64,000 nt of DNA from Camelus dromedarius (lineage: Eukaryota). The stretch covers positions 37,574,001 through 37,638,000 of the forward strand of contig NC_087436.1 of NCBI RefSeq assembly GCF_036321535.1, read 5' to 3'. The position numbers were made by a program, and so were the translations under genes. The notes beneath the pieces were generated by a model that worked only from the letters and a program-made list of their open reading frames with translations, was not told the DNA's origin and did not search any database. Positions 1-12,355 of the stretch are shown here, piece after piece (position 1 is the stretch's first letter; every line of letters starts with the position of its first letter).

Positions 1-19
1 GACGGTCTTTTACACCAAG

Positions 20-790
20 TTAAGACTTGTTGGTTCTATTGTGAGGACAGTAGGGAAATATGGAAAGGCTTAATGCAGAGATGTAATAAAATCATATTTG
101 TATGAAGGAAAAAAATCCTACTTGCAGCATAGACAGTGGTTTGGGGGCTGCTGAGACTGGGAGGCGAGCTGATCAGTTACAAGGCTGTGGCAGGAAGTCA
201 GGTGAGAGATAATGTAGCCTGACCTTAGCGAATGGCAGTTAAGACAAAAAGACATAGATTGCTTTGAGAGCTGTCAAGGATAGAAAATCAATTAATCACT
301 GATTGGAAGTAATGGACAAAGGAGAAAAAGGAATAAGAAAGATGTCCACATTTCTGACTTGGTCAGATGTATGGATGGTGATGTCACTATGTGCAGTGAG
401 GAACAAATTGAATTTGAGCTTCTCTGGAAACCACCACAAGGTATGACTGGTTGGCGGTGACGACACTGACCTGGATGGAGCTGGGGCTGGGGGCTGGGAG
501 GCCGGGGGTGAGGGTGTCTCTTTGTCAGCAAAGAGATGGGAACTGAAGCCATGGGGATAAGTTGGGGGTTGAGAAAATTCATGGAAAAAAATAGTTATGG
601 ACTATTAGAGGAGAAAAGATGCTAAGCTGGATGGGTGAGAAACAAAAATTTTTAAGTGCTGACTCCAGAGAGTACGAGGAAGGGCTTCAGTGATTCTGAT
701 GGAAGCAGATTCAGTGAAGTGAAGGTGGTGGAAATTGGGTCCAGGCAGGCTGAGATCAGGAAGAAAAACACTAAAAGCTAGCCAACTATT
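20..790 (-). mobile_element. Decayed LINE-2 (L2) fragment
   Basis: Purine-rich antisense-L2-like text, e.g. GGCTGTGGCAGGAAGTCAGGTGAGAGATAATGTAGCCTGAC and GAAGCCATGGGGATAA; boundaries approximate. Confidence 0.6.
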
Positions 791-1929
791 CCTAGAAATT
801 TGGGAATTTAAGGGAAGTTAAAGTAACTCCTGTTTTCCAATAGAAAAGATAAAAACTTAAGCCCAAAGGAAAATGAACTTTGTTAGGCAATCTTAACTCT
901 TACTTTGAGGTCTTTCTTGGCTTCTAAGGGACCTAACTCTGCAGAGAAAACTTTGCAGGTTTAACGATGATGAAAAAAAAAAAAAATACTGAAATCCAAA
1001 TCCAGAAAATGACAGTAAATTAATTCTCCCCCCCTCCCCCCACGTATCCCTCCTTTGCTAGACCTGGGAGACAGATAGTGCAAAGGTAGTCTTGTGAAGA
1101 ACAAAGCAATGAGAGGAGTTGGATATTTTAATTTTAACGTTTTTAGTTTCTTTTTGATTCAGTGATATTTCCCCCATCTTGCACAATCCACTTTAACTAA
1201 ATGAAATATGATAAATGATTACTTGGTAAAAAAGCAGAAATCATAATCAATATTCACAGAACAGAGCCTGAGTAAACATCAGTAACGGCACTGAGATGAA
1301 GATTTGTTACGGACTGTCAAAAACACAATGAATTATATTAATTTAATCTCACAAATTCATTTCATCTCATCTTATAAATAAATACTAGACAATATTTCTG
1401 AGATATTTTTAAGTTTGTTCCATTATCTACAAAAACATATAACCAATGAGTTTTTTCTTTTTTCAGCAGGCTGACTTTTGCTTAAAATGTAGCTACTTCC
1501 CCATTTAAAGAGCTCCACACAATTTTCTTCTAAATACAGCCTCAAGACTGTTTTCTCATTTGATGTGTCCTCCCCCTAGCAGTCCCCCACCACACCTTCC
1601 CTGTGTGGGAGTGCCTTTCTTTCCCACCATATCCACCCATGTCTGAGAGCCCCCCCCACCCCTTCTGGATTAAATCAGCATCAAGCATTTGCCCCATGTG
1701 CTCACAAGAAGCCAAGTTTATTGTCCTCAAAGTTTTGGCTCTGCCTTGGATAGCTTTGTTTTATGTATTCAAAGACAAATGGGTAATAAAAGGCCCCCCT
1801 CTCTTTTTGAACTTGATAAAAAGATCTGCAACTTGTTTTTCTCTCCATGGTTGAGTTTACATGATCCATTTAGACTTTTTACACTCATTTATGCTATTTT
1901 GCTCAATGTAGTTAGTGACAACATTAAAT

Positions 1930-3060
1930 AATTGATTCAGCAACAACTTACTGATGTCTGCCTGTATCTGTGATAACTCTGAAAAACACAAAGATGAATA
2001 AAACAAGGATTTATCATCTAATAGAAGACAGGCATTTTAAGTAGAAAGTTTGCTAAATATGTTAAGATGCTGTCATGGGATTATGTCTGTTGTGGAGTGG
2101 ATCCACAGAGAAAGAAGCAGTTCTTCTGTTAAGGCCCTGGGAAAAGGGAAAGCTTCATTGAGAAGATGATTAGGGCCAGTTAAATTATAGTTCCCAGGTC
2201 CTACTACTTCTCTATAACAGAATTACACATCCACACCATTTTCTGTGAGACATCAGACGCTGACTGATGAATAGGCAGAATAAACTTTTTCATCCCACTG
2301 ACTTTGTGCTTGGCCATATGCCAGACAGTGAACAATGGAATGTTAAAGAGCTTTAACCGCACTTTAGTGATTGACTGCTTCTGCTGACCTGCCACCCCAG
2401 GAGAAAAACAGGCACCGAGTAGCCACAGGCCCCATCATGAGAGTCATGAGGAGCAGATGTAAACATGACCCACAGCCTGAAACAAGGCTGCCCCAGCTGC
2501 CCTGCAAACTGGTGAGCACAAGGTAAATGATTACACTTGTAATCCACCAAAATTTGGGGATTATTATATGCCACTTGGCCTATAGCATCTAAAACCTCAC
2601 TAATACAATGATCTCCGATCAAAGCAAGGAAGACATGAGTATCAGGGGGATGGGGTTTAAAGAGTATTCCAAGCAGAAGGAACAGCAGGAGCAAGTTCCT
2701 CTAGGTCCAAAAACCTAGAGGTTTTTGCACTGCAAGTTGTTCAGTCCATGGCAGTGCAGGTGTGAGTATGGCATAGGATTAGACAAATCATCAGGAACCA
2801 GAGTGTCATAGAAGAGTTTATTGCCAAATATGAGCATTTAGCAATTGTCTTTTAAGTATTAAGAACCAATTGGAATAGTTTAAGCAGATAAGACATATAG
2901 TTAGATCTGTATCTTAGAAAGAAGAGTTTAGCAGCATGTGGAGGGCAGTCTGGAGTCGGTTAACGGCCAAGGGAGGACATAGGTCAGGATATCAGTGAGC
3001 AGTGCTTTGCTTGAGATGGAGAGGAGAATGCAGGCTCTAGAGAGGTCGGGGAGTTAGAAC
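1930..3060 (-). mobile_element. Decayed L2 3' region, interrupted by an MLT1 LTR (~2200-2607)
   Basis: TTGATTCAGCAACAACTTACTGA (L2 tail, antisense) at ~1932; L2-like text resumes after 2610 (AAGCAGAAGGAACAGCAGGAGCAA; AGATCTGTATCTTAGAAAG). Confidence 0.55.
2200..2607 (+). mobile_element. MaLR LTR, MLT1 family (MLT1J-like)
   Basis: CCCACTGACTTTGTGCTTGGCCATATG...AATGGAATGTTA; 3' end TTTGGGGATTATT...CTCACTAATACA typical of MLT1. Confidence 0.65.
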
Positions 3061-3132
3061 TATTTATTATTAATGGCATCATCATTTCTCACAGAATCAA
3101 CCTGCTACAATACTTTTCAAAGCAAGCTCAAA

Positions 3133-3483
3133 GGAAGTTTCCAAAATGTCAAATTTGCTGACAGCTAATTTTCAGAAAGAGCAGTGCTCTGAATGATCAG
3201 TTCATCGAAAATCAGTGAGCCAAAGGCGAATTGATTTAAAGCCAGTTAGCTGAAAGTTAATTTCCCCCCAAATTATCAGATGACAATATAAAGTGAGTAG
3301 AGGGCAGGGTGAAGGAGTAGAAAAGGGAGAGGCTGGGCAGACGCAGGAGAGGGAGTGGGCAGTGGGGAGGACATAGGGGATGCTACAGCCAAGAGAAAAT
3401 CTTGAGGAAAAGAACTTCAGTAAGTGAGCAAATTATCTTTTGGCAAATGGGTTTTCATTGATTTTTGGTGCATTGCTGTTTAT
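3133..3483. repeat. Ancient MER121-like element: degenerate ~15-16-bp units with an inverted arm
   Basis: Left arm has about 8 degenerate GCCAATTCGCCGAAA-like units; right arm (3417-3483) has the inverted units (GCAAATTATCTTTTGGCAAATGGGTTTTC). Confidence 0.5.
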
Positions 3484-3690
3484 CAGTTGGAGCCCCTTGG
3501 GAAGCAACTAGCACACTCATGGTATGGCACCAGGGAGAATTTAATGAAGGGACAGTTTACTGAAGAGAGGGCTGAGCTAAAACCAACAAGGTCTGATAAA
3601 GCATCAAGAGACAAGAAAAAATGCTTTTCCACTTTGGCTGGAAAGACAAGGGGAGGGTAGTATTCCTGGGAAGAGAGGCTACTGACCATC
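3484..3690 (-). mobile_element. ERVL LTR fragment (LTR33-like)
   Basis: GAAGCAACTAGCACACTCA...GGAGAATTTAATGAAGGGACAGTTTAC...AAACCAACAAGG resembles the antisense LTR33 3' end. Confidence 0.5.
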
Positions 3691-4664
3691 CTGCCAAAAC
3701 TGCCAGCACCCCCTCTTGAAAGTGTGCTCCATGCAACTTGATGTGTTTCTTGCAGGGCTAGGCTAGGGAAGGGGCATATGTGTGTGTGTGTGTGCAGGTA
3801 GCTGGGGGAAGGGTGAAAACGGGGCTTAGACCTCTACCTCTGCTTCAGTTAGGACTTGTCTATTAGTTATGGCTATGTATTTGAGTTTCAATGAATGAAA
3901 TGAAAAAAAAACTCATCGGATTACAGATTTGGGATGATGTATGCACTAGAAAATACAAAGCAGTAAGAAATGGTCTCTGCTCTGTGTCTACAATTAAAGT
4001 AGGGAGGGAAAACACGCATAGAAAGATAACCATACCAGCTGCTATATCCTAAGTGCTAAGTGATGGCAATAGATAATTGGGACCACAGATGTTCAGAAAG
4101 AACTGTAAGATTAAAATTAGGGGTAGTGATTCTCTTTAGTTTATCTTTTAGGTTTCATGAATTATGGAGTTGAAATGTTTCTTCCTTTTTATTTTGGAGC
4201 AAAATTTGTAATCTAGCCTTATGGAGTCTACTGAACTTCATGGCAGGCATTTTATGAATATAAACTTTATCCCTGGCCCCATCTTATAATGTGTTATCTT
4301 TGCTCTGTCTTTCTCACTTAAGTCCAGCTTAGTTATTTTAATGTGCTGGAATCAGAAGACTGTAATTCAAATTCTGATGCTGCCATTTGTTAGCTGAATT
4401 GACCACGGATAAATTATCTAACTGTTCTGACTCTTTTCACTTGCAAAAGTTTAACCTATCCCAATTCTGTGAGAATTTAAGTTCTTAGTGCATATCACAG
4501 TCAGTGTAGTTGAATCTGAAACTCCTAGTGGTGGTTTTCTTAGTCAGGACTGTTGTCTTCAAGGTTCAGCTAAAGACCAAGAGTTGAGGATGGAAGACAG
4601 TGTGTCCCCATGCTCAAAAAGTAACTGCAAGAGGTATCGATGAGAGCACTACAACTCCCTGATG

Positions 4665-5032
4665 GAGTGTTTCTGGAAATGTGAATGGGTAATTTTGGCT
4701 GTCACAATAACGAGGGGGTGGGGGTGCTGCCTCTGACATTTAGTGGGAGGCGGTGGGGATACTTGACGTCCTGCAATGCATAAGGCTGTCCCACACAGTA
4801 GAGAATTGTCCCACTTCCCCCACAACCTTCAGATGTCCCATTGGTGAAAAGCCTGTTTATAATTCTCTGAACCCAGAACTGAACTCCATTGCATAGGTAA
4901 ACTTACCCAGTATTTTGGGTGCTGTTCTAACATACTCTAATTTTTCAGGAATGCACTCCTGAATAAATACAGGGAAGACTGTACTTTGCCACGTTTGGAA
5001 ATAACTAAGAGTCATTCACTGTTTCAGAAAAG
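4665..5032. mobile_element. hAT-Charlie non-autonomous element (MER20B-like)
   Basis: TTTTGGCTGTCACAATAAC...GTCCCACACAGTAGAGAATTGTCCC...GGTGAAAAGCCTGTTTATAATT...CAGGGAAGACTGTACTTTG. Confidence 0.7.
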
Positions 5033-5039
5033 CACACAA

Positions 5040-5480
5040 GAAGCCTCCCACAGAAACTCACAAGGTGCTCAAAGGGCACCTAGCTCTGCCTGCCTCAAAG
5101 AGTCACTGGCTGTTGGACCACGACTGCTCCCATCAGAGGGACCTCGGGAGGTTTGTGCCTCTCGCTTCCCCCTACCTTCTGCCTGCAACATGCCAGAGAA
5201 GGAAGCAAGACATGGAAGTAGCAGAGTTGGAAGGGCAGTAGGAAAAGCAGGTCATCCCTCCTCCCCACGGAAGTTCCCAAGCCCGTATAAGACAATTATA
5301 TTGACTGTAAGAGTATAAGACTGAAGTTTTGCATTGGCTGGAACTTGGGAGTTTTAAAGCCTGAAACCAAGTCCTAATTATTAGAAAGAGGAATAACTGA
5401 AAGCTATGGGACCTAAGATTATTTCAAAGGGAATGTCTGACAACGGAGATGGTTACAGGCTGTGATGAGAGAAAAATGCA
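5040..5480 (+). mobile_element. Possible old LTR fragment (LTR78-like)
   Basis: AATAACTGAAAGCTATGGGACCTAAGATT resembles the LTR78-type 3' region; weak similarity only. Confidence 0.3.
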
Positions 5481-7171
5481 GTCAATTCCTGATTACTCTC
5501 CCTTCGAGATAAACCCATTGGATGCACCAGTTGAATAAGGTCTCTAAACATTCTCATTACTCACCCTTATGAAGGTCATGCTTGAAACAGGCAAGCTGGC
5601 AGCCTGTGTGAGGCATGCTCTAATCTTTGAGTAGGACAAGTCTTCTTCTTCCAAACCCCCTGTCCACACCATGCAAGGGCATGCTCCCTAAAATCAAGTC
5701 AAAGAAAAATAGAATTTTCAGGGACTCTCGACCAGATAACCACATAAGGAGATAGAACTTGGGTTTTGGGGTTTGGGGTTTGTGTTTGTTTTTTAGTGAA
5801 ATTGGACTAGAACAAACCCTACTCCTTTGGAAATCCCTTCTATGCACAGGAACTTCTGCTCCTTCAGACAGCTACACTGTATTGCCGGGATGGTCCTTGG
5901 GAGACCAAGAGGAGACTAAAATGGAATCAGGGAAATGCAGCCTTGGAGTGAGTGACCTGGTGCTGTCCCCATGCTCACATACCAACATGTCACTAGGACT
6001 GGCATGAAAATAGTGGGACCCAGGGCAGCTAGCAATTAAGCAACGGTATTTGTTTAGCATATAGTCTAATCATGTACTAGGAAGCAGGTGCATTTATAGG
6101 TAGCAGGATGAAAATTTGAAAGTTAAGATTCTGCCATATCCTTTCTCTAGGATCGTGAAAACCAACTAACCAACCCTAGAGCAGCGCATTCTCATCGCTT
6201 TGTTCTGCATCCTGTAAAAATTGCACACATTTCCTCCCCTAGGGAAATTGGTTTCTATCATTATTTATTTATGATTATGAATCACCTGGGTTAGTAATTT
6301 GATATTTTAACTGTGGAGCTGGGTTTAAGAAATACTCATAGCAAGAGATAGATACCTCATTTTCTGCTACTTAGAGAGTGCTACGCTTTTGCATACTTAG
6401 TAGTAAGTTTTTGCTCTTACGCAATTTATAGTAAATGTGTTTTAAGGAAGTTTTATTTCTCATGAGTATAAACTTTGCTAAGTTTAAGAAGAAAAAGTTG
6501 TATTTACATATTAAAATTGTACAACTCATTGTCCAGGCTTATATAATTATTGTTGCCCAAAGAACAAATTCCTAAGCAAGCTTATTTAGACTCAACAATT
6601 CTGGAGCGTAGGTTCTCCGTCAGTATTAATCTGTTCAAGTGACATGCTTCTTGGCTTTTCTTAAGGCTTTTATGCCACTTCTCTCCTTTGTGTCTGAGCC
6701 TGGAGAGTATTACACTATAGGACAAGAATAAAAAGAACAGCCTTAATTAATTACCTGTAGCTAGTCATGAAGCTAAGTGTTTACTTGTTGTAGCAAAACT
6801 GTGTATTACATTTTTTAAGAGTCTCTTCCTAATGAGAACCTCAGGGGTGAATTTCTTTCTGGCCTTTCTGTGGATACCTACATGTGGCCCTGAGCATTGA
6901 CCTTTCAGATAACTGATGGAGCTGGTCATGCTTCCCTTTCTTGTTTTTTTTTTTTTAACTACAAAAATTAAAGCCAAAATTGAGTTCCCCGGTTTACAAG
7001 TATTTAGAACTTCACGCAATGCATTTGAGGCAGATTCCCCTCATTTCTGGCTCTAACACATGTCACTACCTTTTTGTCTCCTTACATCATTTTTGAATTT
7101 ATGTTATCTTTCTGTTTTGTATATCTCTTTATAAGGTGACCGAAATCCTTATATTCTGAAAAAAGAACATA

Positions 7172-8300
7172 AGGGTCTATGGTTTGGTGTCTGTCATTAA
7201 TTTTGGAAAAATTTTTGATCATTATTATTTCAAATATTTCTTCTGTCCATTTTCTTCTATTTTTGGTATTCAAATTATACATATATTGCACTTTTTAAAG
7301 TTGCCCCAAAGTTCTTGGGTGTTACAGGCTTTGATTTTTTTTCCATTCTTTTTGATCTGCATTTCAGTTTGACAAGTTTCAACTAATATATCTTGAAACT
7401 CATTGATTCTTTCTTTGGCGAGGTCCAGTCTGATGATGAGCCCATCAAATCCATTCTTTATTTCTGTTACAGTTTCTTATTTTTAGTGTATCCTTTTGAT
7501 TCTTGCTTAAAGTTTCTGTCTCTCTACTTACATTATCCATCTGTTCTTGAATGGTGTCTACATTTTCCATGAGAACACGTAACATATTAATAATGAGTTA
7601 AATATCCTGTCTGATAATTCCAACACCTGTGTTATATCTGAGTCTGGTTCTGATGATTTTTTTTGTCTATTGAGGCTTTGCCTTTTAACATGCTTTTTAA
7701 TTTTTTGTTAAAAGGCATACTTAGAGCAGTGATGCCCTGGGTAATAAGAACTGAGCTAAATGCCTTTATCGTATTGTTTCGTAATATGGCTAGGACTTGG
7801 GCTATGTTTAATGTTTTCTGTAGCTGTAGGTGCCAGAGGGTTTACATTTCTCTAGTGTACTTCTTTTTGTCTGCCTAATGGCTTTGGGCTTTCCTAGAAA
7901 TTCCTTTGAGCCTTCCAGCCCTTCCAGCTATTATTCTGGAGCCTTGTTGATACGATGATAAAATATTGGAAAGGGGAAGCATTCTATAATCTGATGATTA
8001 AATATCAGTCTTTTAGTGGGCCAGTGCTCCAGGCTGTGACCTTCACAAGAGCGTCTCAGATTTTTTTTTCCCCTTTTAAGTGAGGCAGGAAAGCTAGAGG
8101 GAGCTGAGTAAATGCTCTTCTCCCTAGATTGAATATGGCTTTGGTAAAGTGTTTGCCCCTGGAGAGAAGCTCTTCCTTATGGAAAATACTTAGAGCATAT
8201 TTCAGAGTGGTTGCTTTTCCCTTCTGCTGGCTAGAGCCACAAGGGGTTCTTTTCTAACTCTTCGCTGTTAAGACCTGGGGGGATTCCTGGAGGGAAACCC
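7172..8300 (-). mobile_element. Old L1 fragment covering 5' region and ORF1
   Basis: Minus-strand translation gives EEIFEIIMIKNFSK(L) followed by ACAGACACCAAACCATAGA (L1 ORF1 motif EEIMxENFPxLxxD); frameshifted and degenerate. Confidence 0.8.
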
Positions 8301-8304
8301 CATG

Positions 8305-8425
8305 ATAATCACAGCATCACAGGAGGGTATCTTATCGCATTTACAGAGTCCACCCACACTCACAGGGAGGGAATTACACAAAGGCAAGACATAAGGAGAG
8401 TAATATTAGAGTTCTGTCTACCACA
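8305..8425 (-). mobile_element. MLT1 LTR 5' fragment
   Basis: Ends AGAGTTCTGTCTACCACA, the reverse complement of an MLT1-type start TGTGGTAG.CAGAA. Confidence 0.55.
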
Positions 8426-8439
8426 ATGACATTTTGACA

Positions 8440-8560
8440 AGCTAGAAATCAAGGAGCATGATACTTCCAGCTTTGTTCTTCTTTCTTAGGATTTCTTCGG
8501 CTATTCAAGGTTTTCTGTGGTTCCATCCAAATCGTAGGATTATTTGTTCTATTTCTGCTT
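8440..8560 (-). mobile_element. L1 ORF2 fragment
   Basis: ATACTTCCAGCTTTGTTCTTCTTTCTTAGGATT...GGCTATTC...TGTGGTTCCAT is the classic antisense L1 ORF2 segment (WNxKRPxIAKxILxKKNKAG). Confidence 0.8.
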
Positions 8561-8749
8561 TTTGGAAATCTAGCTTTGTCGGTAGCGAAGGCTTTATTTT
8601 TATTTCATTTGCCTGACCTCTGCAGCGTTCTTCTAATTGTCACTGAATTGGGGCTGGGTAAAGTGCTGTCATTTATTAGACTGTGATAATATACTATTTT
8701 TTTGCAAAAAAATGTTTTTGTTGTTTTTTACAGTGTTATTATTGAGAAG

Positions 8750-11150
8750 AAATCCTGGTAAAAGGTACCTCGGATCTTTCTGTATCATTTCTTACAACTG
8801 AATATGAATATATAATTATATCAATTAAAATTTCAATAAAAAATGAAGCAAGAGATGACATTATACACCAAAAAGATCCAACGGATAGGAGTATATAAAA
8901 TGTTTAAAAATCTGTGCATAAAAATTATATCATTGTCAAAATTTTAATGCAAAGGCAAACAGCCAGTAATTTCAATAGCAAATACTATAGCAAAAGGTTA
9001 ATATATGCAGTATACAATGAGCCTATACCCAGGAAACCTCCAAATGGGGAAACGTGCAAAAGATGTGAATAGAAAATTCGCTTTAGTAGTGGTCTCAGTG
9101 TGTTGTACACGGACCTGTGGAAGTCCCCAAGACAATGTTTGACCTTGTACAAAAACAACGGTTGGAAATGTCCTGATACTTTAGCATGAATCAAGACAAT
9201 AGCACCAAAATAGCAATCACTGTATTTTTCACCACTGTGCAATCATTGTGGTAAACAAAACAGAGCAAAATAAAGCAACAACACAAAAACAATTTTACTA
9301 AAGAATGTCCTTCATGAAGCAGTAAACATTATGTTATGAATTTTATTAAATCTCAATCCTTGGGGACACATATTGTGAATTTTCTGTGTGACAAAATGGA
9401 AGGTATGAACAAAGCACTTTTGTTGAGCACTGAAGTACCACAGTGTCTGGAGAAAGCACTTTGTAATTGCAAGATGAACTAGATGTTTTTTTCATGGAAC
9501 TACATTTGTCCTTGAGATAACTGACAGATTACGGTTCTTCAGATTTAGGTATTTGTCAGACATTTTCTTGAAACTGAAGGAACTAAGCCATCACTTTAAG
9601 GAAAGCAGTTGTATTTGTTGCCAGTGATAAGATTTGAGTTTCCAAGTAAAAACCAGAATACTGGAAAATGTATAACGATTATGGTGAAACACGGCCTTCT
9701 AGTTCTTTGAGACTTTTCTGATAAGACGGGTAGTAATATTAATGAATTTGACTTTTTGACATTTTGTAATGAAATGTGATAACATTTGGAAGCTTTGCAT
9801 AACTCAGTGAACTAATATTTTTTAAATGGCTAAGGCATGATATTTTAAAATCATGCAGGGTTAAAAAAAATCTGTTCAAAGTCCTAGAAATGCCAGTGGG
9901 GGTTTCAATGAAAAGAACACTAAAATTTCATTGATGTGGTTTTAGCTTCTGTTTTGAAAGTAACCTTTAAGAAACAGCTGCTTGTTGAATTTTGTGTAGT
10001 ATCACAAAAGAATACCTATAATTTCAGAAAAGGCAATTAAAATATTACTCCTTTTCCAACTACCTATCTGTGAGATACTGAAATTGTCTTCTTATAATTC
10101 AATCAAAGCAGTGTATTATAATTACTTGCAGTTACCAAAGCAGATATGTCTTCTAAGAAGTTGCACATTAGAGGTATTTGTAAAAATGTAAAACAATGCC
10201 ATTTTTCTCAAATTTTTTTCGGTTTTGGAAACTTATTTTTCATTAAAATTTTATATATGAAAACATGTAATAGTTTTCTAAAGTTAATTAATAAGTAGAT
10301 ATTTTAAAGCTTCTCAGTTTCAATTTCTAATACGATAAAATACCAAAACCTATGACCCACATAAACAAAAACTTTGAGGTCTTCAGTATTTTTAAAAGTG
10401 TAAATGGGTCCTGAAACCAAAAAGTTGAGCACTGCTGTACCATAAGACATAGAGCCGGTTAGCAAAACCATGGAAAAATGCTCAACCTCATTTGCAGTCA
10501 AGGACATACAAGTTAAGACAATAATGATATATATATATTTTTTGGAAGAGCAAAAGTTTAAATACTAATGTTAAAGATGGATGAAATACTCAAGGTAAAA
10601 TAGATATATTCAGAGCGTTCAGAGATTACTGGTGCAAATGTTTAACATTTTTTATTTGGAGATGGGTTTAAGTAAGAAATATCTAACCTTCAAAATATTT
10701 AACCTGATATTTACTTTTTAGAGACCTAAGGTGGGAAATACATTGTCAGGGGAAAAGAGTACTGTGCATGAGGACCCTCACTGACATTGATTTGTATATT
10801 AATAAGAGTAGTGAAAATTTTTAAATAATCTAAAGATTAGAAAAGAGAAGGTGGCTTAGGAAATCAGAATACTGTCACTTAGAAAAGTTTTGTGCAGCTC
10901 TCTGAATCATAGTTCAAATAATTTGACCTAACATAGAAATGCTTGTGTTACAACTTTAATTTTTAAAAATACGGTATATGTTTGAATACCATGGAATTAG
11001 AAATATACATCTGAGTTTAAAAAGGATTAGATGAACATTTACTGTAATATTTGTTGTTTTTCCCTCTGTATCTTTCTGTATTTTCTCCATCTTTATAATA
11101 GCTATATTTTTGTTTACAATTCATTTAAAAATAAACCATTTAAAAATAAG
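8750..11150 (+). mobile_element. Old L1 (L1M-type) ORF2-end and 3'UTR remnants, split by a Charlie1 insertion
   Basis: GCAAAAGATGTGAATAGAAAATTC ends at ~9080 and continues as GGAAAAATGCTCAACCTCATTTGCAGTCAAGG at ~10470; L1 3' end-like TCTTTCTGTATCATTTCTTACAACTG at ~8776. Confidence 0.6.
9087..10437 (+). mobile_element. hAT DNA transposon fossil, Charlie1/Charlie1a-like, both termini present
   Basis: Left end TAGTGGTCTCAGTGTGTTGTACACGGACC; right end GTGTAAATGGGTCCTGAAACCAAAAAGTTGAGCACTGCTG; internal decayed transposase (KNVLHEAVNI...NFIKSQ...CDKMEG...KALLLSTEV). Confidence 0.88.
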
Positions 11151-11907
11151 TAGAATTTCCCTGCATTTGCCTGTTTGATTCGCTCTTTCCTTTATCCCTT
11201 CCCCAGCACTCAGCATTCTTCCCTTCTAGAGAGTTCTGTGTGGGCAGGCAAGGGAAAGTGCCCTCTGATTTACGTGCAGCATGTCTATACATCCCCATTT
11301 GCCCTGAAGTTTCAGTTTATGTATTTAATTATTAGAGTCCCTTTTCACTTTTCTTAAAAGTTTGCTGCTTTGATGATAAATTATGGTTTTTTTATTCAGT
11401 AGGTATTACTTAGATCCAAGTCTCTGAATCATTCACTGTTTTCTTGCTCCCAATGCCTCTAAGGTACCCTATTCTAGGTTCTTTTTTAACCATCCGTAAT
11501 TCCCTGATGATCGAAGACTGTATTTCTTTATGATTCTTTTGGATTCTGTTCTTTCATACTCAGAGAGTCTCAAGGTGAGTGTCATTCTTCAGCTCCTCAA
11601 CTCTAGCACACCTCAAGCAGTCAGGAGGTCTCTGGACCTCAATGGTTCGGGACCGTTGGCAGGAACTTCTAATTGAAGATGATGATTCATGAAATCAGAG
11701 ACTTCTTGTATTAAGGTTGATGAGAATTCAGTCCAGGAACAGCCCATTTTATTGCATGCGTTTCTTGAACCACTTATTCACTAACTTAACTAACTTCCTT
11801 CTTACTAAGCTGGTAGCTAAAGATATATGTAAATTTGTTCTTGTTTGTTGGAAAGGAGAATGGAAGGCAAACCTAAATGTTAGATACAAAAAAGATACAT
11901 TCTCATC

Positions 11908-12355
11908 TGTGTTAGTCAGGATGGTCCAATGGAACAGAACCAATGGGATGTATATATATATCTATATATTGATGTATAGATAAAGAGATATAGAGAGATT
12001 TATTATAAGAAATTGGTTCACATGACTATGGAGTTTGACAAGTCCAAAATCTGCTGGGTGGGGTGGCAGCTGGATACCCAGGAAGGAGCCAATGCTGCAG
12101 GTCAAGTCTGATGTCTGTTTCTAAAGAATTCTCTCTTGCTCAGGGGAGGCTGGTCTTTTTCATTCAGTTCAGGCTTTCAACTGATTGGACAAAACCCACC
12201 CACTTTATGGAAAGCAATTGGCTTTACTCAAAGTCCACTAATTTAAATAGAAATCTTACCCCAAAACACCCTTTCAAAAACATACAGGATAATGTTTGAC
12301 CCAATAACTAGGCATTCCATGGACCAGTCAAGTTGACATAAAATTAACCATCACA
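11908..12355 (-). mobile_element. ERVL solo LTR, MLT2 family
   Basis: TGTGTTAGTCAGGATGGTCCAATGGAACAGAACCAATGGGA...GAGATTTATTATAAGAAATTGGTTCACATGACTATGGAG...AGTCAAGTTGACATAAAATTAACCATCACA; TG...CA ends. Confidence 0.9.

Noticed and set aside
7082..7291. ORF with L1 ORF1-like motif as a functional or domesticated gene
   Set aside because: It is a short, frameshifted piece of a decayed L1.
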